The position numbers and the translations under genes were made by a program. From NCBI RefSeq assembly GCF_009914755.1, contig NC_060935.1: 64,000 bases of DNA; one strand, given 5' to 3'. Of this stretch, positions 54,055-64,000 are shown one piece after another; within the stretch, counting starts at the first letter, position 1, and the number at the start of each line of letters is the position of its first letter. The notes below the pieces were generated by a model, which was not told the DNA's origin, made no database searches, and worked only from the letters and a program-made list of their open reading frames with translations. Source of the DNA: the human T2T-CHM13v2.0 reference genome, Homo sapiens.

Positions 54055-55365
54055 TTCTTTTTCTCAGTTACTTGAAAACACATTACAGGTATAATATGCT
54101 ATTTTCTAAATATTCCTGTGAATTTCTTTAAAACTGGGATACATAGCTACAATAATCATCCAAATCATGAAATCAGCATTGTATATATTCATTTAATTCG
54201 TAGGTCCCATTTACAGTTCACTATTTATTCCAATAATATATATATATTTTTTTCCTTTCTGCTTCAGGATCCAATCTAAGATCACTCATTGCATATAGTT
54301 GGCATGTCTCTTTAGTTTTCTTCGGTACTGAGTGATTCCTCAGTTTTTTCAATCTTTTATGATCTTCATAGATTTACAGTATACAGACATTTCGTTCTAG
54401 AGGTAGTCCTCTTCATCTGAATCTGTCTAATGTTTTATCATGTCCGTTCTCAGGCCATGCCTTCTAGGGCAGAAAAACACAGAAATAATGCTGTGCTCTT
54501 TACTGGAGGCACATTATGTAGATTTTTCTCAACACTCATGGTCTTTACCATTGTTGCCTGTTCATATTGGTATGTGCCTACCTTCTCCATTAAAAACTTA
54601 CTATTCATCTTTGTAATTGAGAAATACGGGGTGGAGGGGGGAAACAAATATCCCAGTCCACCAACCTTAGCATTCATTGATGAATATTGTCTGATCCTGC
54701 TACCTCCACAATTTTTGCCAAATATTGATTTTCTGTTTTAATCACACTTTGTCTACAGATTAGTTGGCACTATTATAAAATGGGCTTTACCTTCCTCATT
54801 TATTTATATGTTACCTAGTGGATTTATATTTAATCAAATATTTTTATTTGTTACTATCACCATTAATTTCAAAACTTACGCTATCTCAGTTATGGTAAGT
54901 GGGAACTCATTTAAGCTGGCTTATTTGTTCTTGTTGCTATTGTATTTAGAATACTCCCTTAATTTCTGGTACATAGAATCATTTAAGATCACTTTGACTT
55001 TTATCTGACTCAGTCTGAAGTCGGTAATTTTAGTAGGAGAGAGTATCTTGGGTTTCAGAGTGCTCATTGCTACTGGGTGTCATTAGCTCTAGACCTTCTC
55101 AGCAAACAGGACTAATATATGATTGATATGATATGATATGATATGATAGATACGTTATTACTGCTACAGTTATATACCATTTATTTATCCATTTATCTAT
55201 CTATATTAAAACATAACGCTTTCACACTGAAACCTACAGATCTAATCCAACTCCTTAGAGATATTTCTAGTGATTTCACTTTTCACATTTATAGATCCCA
55301 TCCTTAACAGTAAAAATTTTATCTCCCTTTATCTTCACTACATTTATTTGTTTGCTCAATTTGCT
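54055..55365 (-). mobile_element. L1MC-like 3'UTR
   Basis: 'caggatccaatctaagatcactcattgcatatagttggcatgtctctttagt', 'gtgctcattgctactgggtgtcattagctctagaccttctcag'. Confidence 0.7.
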
Positions 55366-55825
55366 TATGTTTGACCAGTTATCTGTGCAGGATAGCCACC
55401 TCATTACCTCTGCTCTTGTCTCATTATCTTCAGCTCCCACCCTTCCACTCCTGCCTTCTTGCCCCTATACATTCTTAGCTGCCAGTTTGCTACTTACCCT
55501 TGAGCCCTACTGCCTTTCTTGTCTTTGGCCCTGCTGCCTTCTTAGTCTAGTTATGCTGTTTCTCTTTTGCTTTGCTGCATTTTTGCCCCATCACAGCCTC
55601 TGCATCTTTGTCCTCTGCCTTCTTGGTATCAAGCCTTACTGCTCCATCTTTGGCCTATAGCCTACAGTTGCCTGTTAGAGTTTGCCATCATTTTAGCCCT
55701 GACAATGGAAAGGGAATGAATGAAAGCGGAAACATTTCAATTCTTTTTATGAGACTAGCATAATTGACCACAAAACTCGACAAGGAGAAATCAGAAAAGT
55801 ACAATTATAAGAAATAAACACAAAA

Positions 55826-56036
55826 ACCATAATATCATCTCAATAAGTGCAGAAAAAGCATTTAATATAGGAGCATAGGAGCATACCTCAAAAACTAGGC
55901 ACAGAAAGAGCATACCTCAAAATAATTAAGGCCATATATGACAAACCCACAGCAAAACCCACAACCTAAGTGGGGAAGGTATAAAGCCATCTCTCTACAA
56001 ACATGAACAAGAAAATGATGCCAATTCTCACCACAC
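55826..56036 (+). mobile_element. L1MA/L1PB-like ORF2, left piece of the element split by L1PA7
   Basis: 'tcatctcaataagtgcagaaaaagcattt...gccatatatgacaaacccacagc...gatgccaattctcaccac' continues at 62067. Confidence 0.8.
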
Positions 56037-56331
56037 TTTTTTTGCTACTCAGCATTTTTTCATTTAAAAATATTATTAAAAATTAGTTTCTGTGACAGGA
56101 TACTCATTTGATGTATCTTTTTTTATTATTATACTTTAAGTTCTGGTATATATGTGCAGAACGTACAGCTTTGTTACATAGGTATACACCTACCATGGTG
56201 GTTTGCTGCACCCATCAACCTGTCAAATACATTAGGTATTTCTCCTAATGCTATCCCTCCCCTAGCCCTCTACCTATCAACAGGCCCCGGTGTGTGATGT
56301 TCCCCTCCCTGTGTCCACGTATCCTCATTGT

Positions 56332-59300
56332 TCAACTCTCATTTATGAGTGAAAACATGTGGTGTTTGGTTTTCTGTTCTTGTGTTAGTTTGCTGAGAAT
56401 GATGGTTTCCAGCTTAATCCATGTCCCTGAAAAGGACATGAACTCATTGTTTGTATGGCTGCATAGTATTCCATGGTGTATATGTGCCACATTTTCTTCA
56501 TAGTCTATCATTCATGGGCATTTGGGTTGGTTCCAAGTCTGCTATTGTGAGCAGTGCTGCAATAAACATACGTGTGCATGTTTCTTTATAGTAGAATGAT
56601 TTATCATCCTTTGGGTATGTACCTATAATTGGGATTGCTGGGTAAAATGGTATTTCTTGTTCTAGATCCTTGAGGAATCACCATGCTGTCTTCCACAATG
56701 TTTGAACTAATTTACACTCCCACCAACAGTATAAAAGCGATCCTATTTCTCCACATCCTCTCCAGCATTTGTTGTTTCCTGACATTTTAATGACTGCCAT
56801 TTTAACTGGCATGAGATGGTATCTCATTGTGGTTTTCATTTGCATTTCTCTAATGACCAGTGATGCTGAGCTTTTTCTTCATACATTTGTTGGCTGCATA
56901 AGTGTCTTCTTTTGAAAAGTGTCTGTTTATATCCTTCACCCAATTTTTGATGGGGTTGTTTTTTTCTTGTAAATTTGTTTAAGTTCTTTGTAGATTCTGG
57001 ATATTAGCCCTTTGTTAGATGGATAGATTGCAAAATTTTCCTCCCATTCTGTAGGTTGCCTGTTCACTTCGATGATAGTTTCTTTTGCTGTGCAGAAGCT
57101 CTTTAGTTTAATTAGATCCCATTTGTCAATTTTGGCTTTTGCTGCCATTGCTTTTGGTGTTTAATTCATGAAGTCATTGCCCATGCCTATGTCCTGAATG
57201 GTATTGCCTAGGTTTTCTCGTAGGAGTTTTATGGTTTTAGGTCTTATGTTTAAGTGTTTATTCCATTTTGAGTTAATTTTTGTATAAGGTGTAAGGAAGG
57301 GGCCCAGTTTCAGTTTTCTGCATATGGCTAGCCAGTTTTTCCAGCACCATTCATTAAGTAGGGAATCCATTCCCCATTGCTTGTTTTTGTCAGGTTTGTC
57401 AAAGATCAGGCAGTTGTAGATTTGTGTTATTTCTGAGGCCTCTGTTCTGTTCCATTGGTCTATATACCTGTTTTGGTCCCAGTAACATGCTGTTTTGGTT
57501 ACTGTAGGCTTGTAGTACACTTAGAAGTCAGGTAGTGTGATGCCTCCAGCTTTGTTCTTTTTGCTTAGGATTGTCTTGGTGATATGGGCTCTTTTTTATT
57601 CCATATGAAATTTAAAGTAGTTTTTTCTAATTCTGTGAAGAAAGTCAATGGTAGCTTGATGGAGATAGCACTGAATCTATAAATTACTTTGGGCCATATG
57701 TCCATTTTCACGATATTGATTCTTCCTATCCATGAGCATGGAATATTTTTCCATTTGTTTGTGTCCTCTCTGATTTCCTTGAGCAGTGGTTTGTAGTTCT
57801 TCTGGAAGAGGTTCTTCACATCCCTTGTAAGTTGTATACCTAGGTATTTTAATCTCTTTGTAGTAATTGTGAATGGGAGTTCACTCATGATTTGGCTCTC
57901 TATTATTGGTGTATAGAAACGCTTGTGGTTTTTGCACATTGACTTTTTATCCTTAGACTTTGCTGAAGTTGCTTATCAACTTAAGGACATTTTGGACTGA
58001 GATAATGGGGTTGTCTAAATATACAATCATGTCATCTGTAAACAGAGACAATTTGACTTCCTCTCCTCCTATTTGAATATCCTTTGTTTCTTTCTCTTGC
58101 CTAATTGCCCTGGCCAGAACTTCCAATATTCTGTTGAATAGAAGTGGTGAGAGAGGGCATCCTTGTCTTGTGCCCATTTTCAAAGGGAATGATTCCAGCT
58201 TTTGCCCATTCATTATGGTATTGGCTGTGGGTTTGTGATAAACAGCTCTTATTATTTTGAGATACATTCCATCAATACCTAGTTTATTGAGAGTTTTTAG
58301 CATTGAATTTTGTTGAAGGCCCTTTCTGCATCTATTGAGATAATCATGTGGTTTCTGTCATTGGTTCTGTTTATGTGATGGATTACGTTTATTGATTTGT
58401 GTATATTAAACCAGCCTTGCATCCCAGGGATGAAGCCGACTTGATCGTAGTGGATAAGCTTTTTGATGTGCTACTGGATTCAGTTTGCCAGTATTTTATT
58501 GAGGATTTTCACATTAATGTTCATCAAGGATATTGGCCTGAAATTTTCTTTGTTTTTCTTTTGTTGTTGTTGTAACTCTGATAGGTTTTGGTACCAGGAT
58601 GATGCTGGCCTCATAAAATGATTTAGGGAGTAGTCCTTCTTTTTCTATTGTGTGGAATAGTTTCAGAAAAAAATGGTACCAGCTCCTCTTTGTACCTCTG
58701 ATAGAATTTGGCTGTGAATCCGTCTCATCCTGGGCTTTTTTTGGTTGGTAGGCTATTAATTACAGCCTCAATTTCAGAACTTCTTATTGGTCTATTCAGG
58801 GATTTGACTTCTTCCTCATTTCGTCTTGGGAGGGTGTTAAGTGTCCAGGAATTTATCCATTTCTTTTAGATTTTCTAGCTTATTTGCATAGCGGGGTTTA
58901 TAGTATTCTCTGATGGTAGTTTATATTTCTGTGGGATCAGTGGTGATATCTCCTTTATCATTTTTTATTGTGTCTATTTGATTCTTCTCTTTTCTTATTA
59001 GTCTGGCTAGCAGTATGTCTATTTTGTTAATCTTTTCAAAACCAGCTTCTGGATTCACTGATTTTTTTTAAGATTTTTCATGTCACTATCTCCTTCAGTT
59101 CTGCTTAGTTATTTCTTGTCTTCTGCTAGCTTTTGAGTTTGTTTGCCCTTGCTTCTCTAGTTCTTTTCATTGTGATGTTAGGGTGTCAATTTTAGCCCTT
59201 TCTCGCTTTCTCCTGTGGGCATTTAGTGATATAAATTTCCCTCTAAACACTGCTTTAGCTGTGTCCCAGAGATTCTGGTACATTGTGTCTTTGTTCTCAT

Positions 59301-60095
59301 TGGTTTCAAATAACTTATTTATTTCTGCCTTAATTTCATTATTTACCCAGTAGTCATTCAGGAGCAGGTTGTTCAGTTTCCACGTACTTGTGCAGTTTTG
59401 AGTGAGTTTCTTAATCCTGAGTTCTAATTTTATTGCACTGTGGTCTGAGAGACTGTTTGTTATGATTTCCCTTATTTTGCATTTGCTGAGGAGTGCTTTA
59501 CTTCCAATTATGTGGTCAGTTTTAGAATAAGTGATGTGGTGCTGAGAAGAATGTATATTCTGTTGAGTTGGGGTGGAGAATTTTGTAGATTATCTATTAG
59601 GTCTTCTTGGTCCAGAGCTGCGTTCAAGTCCTGAGTATCTTTGTTAATTTTCTGTTTCGTTGATCTGTCTATTATTGTGTGGGAGTCTAAGTCTTTTTGT
59701 AGGCCTCTAAGAACTTGCTTTATGAATTTGGGTGCTCCTGTATTGGGTGCATATATATTTAGGATAGTTATCTCCTCTTGTTGCATTGATCCCTTTACCA
59801 TTATGTAATGCCCTTCTTTGTCTTTTTTGGTCTTTATTGGTTTAAAGTCTGTTTTATCAGATATTAGAATTGCAAACCCCTACTGTTTTTTCTTTCCATT
59901 TGCTTGGTAAATATTCCTCCATCCCTTTATTCTGAACCTATGTGTGTCTTTGCATGTGAGATGGGTCTCCTGAATACAGCACACCGATTGGTCTTGACTC
60001 TTTATCCAATTTGGCAGTCTGTGTCTTTTAATTGGGGCATTTATCCCATTTACATTTAAGGTTGATATTGTTATGTGTGAATTTTATCCTGTCAT
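56332..60095 (-). pseudogene. Disrupted L1 ORF2 (endonuclease/reverse transcriptase)
   Basis: Fragments 'ILNIYAPNTGAP', '[13 protein letters not shown]', '[10 protein letters not shown]', 'KYLGIQL', '[17 protein letters not shown]', broken by stops and frameshifts. Confidence 0.93.
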
Positions 60096-60158
60096 TATGA
60101 TGCTAGCTGATTATTTTGCCCATTAGTTGATACAGTTTCTTCATAGTGTTGATGATCT

Positions 60159-60730
60159 TTACAATTTGATATGTTTCTGCAGTGACTGGTACCAGTTTTT
60201 CCTTTCCATATTTAGTGCTTCCTTCAGGAGCTCTTGTAACATGGGCCTGGTGGTGACAAAATCTCTCAGCATTTGCTTGTCTGTAAAGGATTTAGTTTCA
60301 CCTTCACTTATGAAGCTTAGTTTTGCTGGATATAAAATTCTTCATTAAGTTGATCTTCAATCTCTGATATCTTTTCTTCTGCTTGATCGATTCAGCTATT
60401 GATACTTCTGTATGCTTCATGAAGTTCTTGTGCTGTGTTTTTCAGCTCCATCAGGTTATTTATGTTCTTCTATAAATGGGTTACTCTAGTTAGCAATTCT
60501 TCTAAACTTTTTTTAAGGTGCTTAGCTTCCTTGCATTGGGTTAGAACATGCTCCTTTAGCTTGGAGGAGTTTGTTATTACCCACCTTCTGAAGCCTACTT
60601 CTTTCAATTTGTCAAACTCATTCTGCATCCAGTTTTGTTCCCATGCTGGCAAGGAGTTGTGATCCTTTGGAGGAGAAGAGGCTTTCTGGCTTTTGGAATT
60701 TTCAGATGTTTTGCTCTGTTTTTTCCTCAT
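60159..60730 (-). pseudogene. Disrupted L1 ORF1 with an internal deletion
   Basis: 'MRKKQSKTSENSKSQKASSPPKDHNS...NEFDKLKEVGFRR'; about 570 bp vs about 1017 bp expected; junction near 60340. Confidence 0.88.
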
Positions 60731-62066
60731 CCTCATGGATATATCTACCTTTGGTCTTTGATGTTGGTGACCTACGGATGGGGTTTTGGTGTGGACATCC
60801 TTTTTGTTGAGTTGATGCTATTCCTTTCTGTTTGTTAGTTTTCCTTCTAACAGGCCCCTCAGCTACAGGTCTGTTGGAGTTTGCTGGAGGCACGCTCCAG
60901 AGCCTTTTTGCCTGGATATCACCAGTGGAGGCTGTAGAACAGCAAAGATTGCCGCCTGTTCCTCCCTCTGGAAGCTTTGTCTCAGAGGACTACCTGCCAG
61001 ATGCCAGCCAGAGCTCTCCTGTATGAGGTGTCTGTTGACCCCTGCTGGGAGATGTCTCCCACTCAGGAGTCATGGGTGTCAGGGACCCATTTGAGGAGGC
61101 AGTCTGTCCCTTAGCAGAGCTAGAGCACTGTGCTGGGAGATCTGCTGCTCTCTTCAGAGCCAACAGGCAGGAATATTTAAGTCTGTTGAAGCTGCGCCCA
61201 CAGCTGTCCCTTCACCCAGGTGCTCTGTCCCAGGGAGATGGAAGCTTTATCTATAAGTACCTGACTGAGGCTGCTGCCTTTCTTTCAGTGATGCCCTGGC
61301 CCAGAGAGAAGGAATGTAGAGAGGCAGTCTGGCTACAGCAGCTTTGCTGAGCTATGGTGGGCTCCACCCAGTTCAAACTTCCCAGCAGCTTTGTTTACAC
61401 TATGAGTGGAAAACCACCTACTCAAGCTTCAGTAATGGTGGATGCCCCTTCCATCAAGCTTGAGCATACCAGGTTGTCTTCAGACTGTTGTGCTGGCAGT
61501 GAGAATTTCAAGCCAGTGGATCTTAGCTTGCTGGGCTCCATGGGGGTGGGATCTGCTGAGCTAGGCCACTTGGCTCTCTGGCTTCAGCACCCTTTCCAGG
61601 GCAGTGAACGATTCTGTCTCACTGGCATTCCAGGCATCACTGGGATATGAAAAAAAAAAAAAAAAACTCCTGCAGCTAGCTTGGCATCTGCCCAAACAAC
61701 TGCCCCATTTTGTGCTTGAAACCCAGTGCCCTGGTGGTGTAGGCACCTGAGGGAATCTCCGGGTCTGCAGGTTGCAAAGCCCATGGGAAAAACATAATAT
61801 CTGGGCTGGAATGCACTGTTCCTCATGGCACAATCCCTCACAGCTTCCCTTGGCTAGGGGTGGGAATTTCTCGACCCCTTTCACTTCCCAGGTGAGGTGA
61901 TGCTCCACCCTGCTTTGGCTTGCCCTCCGTGAGCCACACCCACTGTCTAACCAGTCCCAGTGAGATGAGCTGGGTACCTCAGTTGGAAATGGAGAAATCA
62001 CCCACCTCCTGTGTTAATCTTGCTTGGAGCTATAGACTGGAGCTGTTCCTATTTGGTGATCTTCCG

Positions 62067-64000
62067 TTCTCGCCACTTTTATTCAATATACTACTGAAAG
62101 TCCTAGCCAGAGCAATCAGACAAGAGAAAGAAATATAAAGGATCTAAATTAGAAAAGAGGAAGTCAAATTATCTCTGTTTGCTGTGAAATTAGACCTAGA
62201 AAACTCTAGAGACTCTTCCAAAAGACTCCTAGATGTGATCAATGAATTCAGTAAAATTTCAGGATACAAAATAAACCTATAAAAATCAGTAACATTTCTA
62301 TACACCAATAACAAACAAGCTGAGAAACAACTCAAGAAACCAATTCCATTTATAATACCTACAAAAAATATCTAGGCATATGTTTAACCCAGAGGGTGAA
62401 ATATCTCCGTAAGGAAACTACTAAAACTAATGAGAGAAATTGTAGATTATGCAAACTAATGGAAAAGTATTTCAACCTCATGGACAGGAAGAATCAAATT
62501 GTTAAAATGGCAATAGTGTACAAAGCAATTTACAAATTCAATAATATTTTTATCAAACTACCAAGATCATTCTTCACAGAATTAGAAAATACTGTTTTAA
62601 CATTTATATGGAACCAAAAAGAAGAGTTGGAACAACCAAAGCAATCCTAAACAAGAAGAACAAAGTGGAAGGCATCGTATTACCTGATCTCAAATTATAA
62701 CACAGGCTATAGTAATTAAAACAGCATGGTACTGGTGTAAAAATAGATAGAACAATGGAGAAGAGAAAACTCAGAAATAAAGGTACATATCCACAGCAAA
62801 CTAATCTTTGACAAAGTCAATTAGAGCATACACAGCAGAAAGGACAAACTTTTCAATAAATGGTGCTGGGAAAAATTGGATTGTCATATGCAGAAAAATG
62901 AAACTATGTATCTTACCATATATAAAAATTGACTCAAGATAGATTAAAGACTTAAATATAAAACCTGTAACTATTAAAATCCTAGGAAAGAAATCCAGGA
63001 AAACTCCTTTGGACATCAGTGTAAGCAAATAATTCATGACTAAGACCTTAAAAGCACAAGTAAGTAAAACAAAAATAGACAAATGGAAGTTAATTTTACT
63101 AAAAGCTTCTGCACAGCAAAAGAAAAAATAAACAGTGACACACACCTGCAGAATGAAAGAAAATATTTGCAAACTATACATCTAACAATGACTAATGTCT
63201 AGAATTTACAAGGAACTTAACAACAAGAAACAACTCCATTTAAAAGGCAGCAAATGATATGAACAGACTTTTTCAAAGAAGACATACAAATGGACAAAAA
63301 GCATATGAAAAAATGTTCAACATCACTAAACATCAAGAAATGTGAATTAAAACCAAAATGAGATACCATCTCATGCCAGTCAGAATGGCTATTATTAAAA
63401 AGTCAATAAAAGTTATTGGCAGGGATGTAGAGAAAAGATAATGCTTATATGCTTTTATTGAGAATGTAAATTAGTATACCCTCTATAGAAAACTTAAAAT
63501 ATTTTGCAAAGAACTAAAAATAGAATTATCATTCGATCCAGGTACACAACTGTTGGATATCTACCCAAAGGGAATAAATCATTATATCAAAAAGATACTT
63601 GTACTTGTATGTTTATCACAGTACTATTCACAATAGCAAAGATATGGGTCAATAGAAGTGTCCATCAATGGATAATTGGATAAAGAAAATGTGTTATGTA
63701 CACACAATGGAATACATAACTTAATGTCTTATCTTAAACCACAAATATAACAAAATTATGTCTTTTGCAGCAACATTAATGGAACTAGAGGCCATTATCT
63801 TACCTGAAATAAGTCAGAAATAAAAAGTCAAATACTGCATGTTCTCACTTATAAGTGGGAGCTAAATAAAGTATATACATGGACACAGAGTATAGATCAT
63901 CAGTAGAGACTCAGAAGGGTGGGAGGGTGAGAAGGGGTTGAGGGATGAGAAATTACTTAGTGGTTACAACATTCATTATTCAGGTGATGGTTACACAAAA
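62067..64000 (+). mobile_element. L1MA1-3/L1PB4-like ORF2 3' half and 3'UTR (runs off the window)
   Basis: 'attcaatatactactgaaagtcctagccagagcaatcagacaagagaaagaaat'; 3'UTR 'gagactcagaagggtgggagggtgagaaggggttgagggatgagaaattac'. Confidence 0.9.

Larger units (their letters stand above)
56118..62066 (-). mobile_element. Near full-length L1PA7-like LINE-1 (about 5.95 kb, ORF1 partly deleted)
   Basis: 5' end reverse complement 'gaagatcaccaaataggaacagctccagtctatagctcc'; ORF1 and ORF2 peptides in the track; L1PA7-type 3'UTR; TSD ttctcaccac(ac)tttt / ttctcgccactttt. Confidence 0.95.

Noticed and set aside
56332-60730. Active LINE-1 or novel reverse transcriptase system
   Set aside because: It is an ordinary L1PA7-like copy with fragmented ORF2 and a deleted ORF1
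63915-63945. G-quadruplex-like G tracts
   Set aside because: Standard polypurine tract of the L1 3'UTR

Overview
This is AT-rich, CpG-depleted primate genomic DNA, human or another great ape judging by AluY-type elements and L1PA7/8. I see no protein-coding gene, CpG island, tRNA/rRNA gene or CRISPR array. The ORF track is explained by Alu, THE1/MST, L1 and microsatellite sequence or by chance. The window is a layered record of retrotransposition: about 9 Alus, many MIR/L2 remnants, MaLR/ERV LTRs, a complete THE1 element with a perfect 5-bp TSD, and several L1s. The best-supported structures are two 5'-inverted (twin-priming) L1s with TSDs, a near full-length L1PA7 with an apparent 74-bp 3' transduction, two Alus in one re-used target site, a THE1 LTR inside an Alu, an AluYc/Yd-type copy, a recent 55-bp tandem duplication and a chain of palindromes. 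Repeat-free islands at about 1-800 and 35.2-36.9 kb carry motif clusters (E-boxes; TCAAGGTCA overlapping a perfect DR3; NF-Y/GATA) and may be regulatory. Several minus-strand exon-like segments are speculative. I did not find a previously undescribed biological system and could not identify the locus. Repeat family and subfamily names are from recalled consensus sequences and need RepeatMasker/Dfam confirmation. Boundaries of old elements are approximate.
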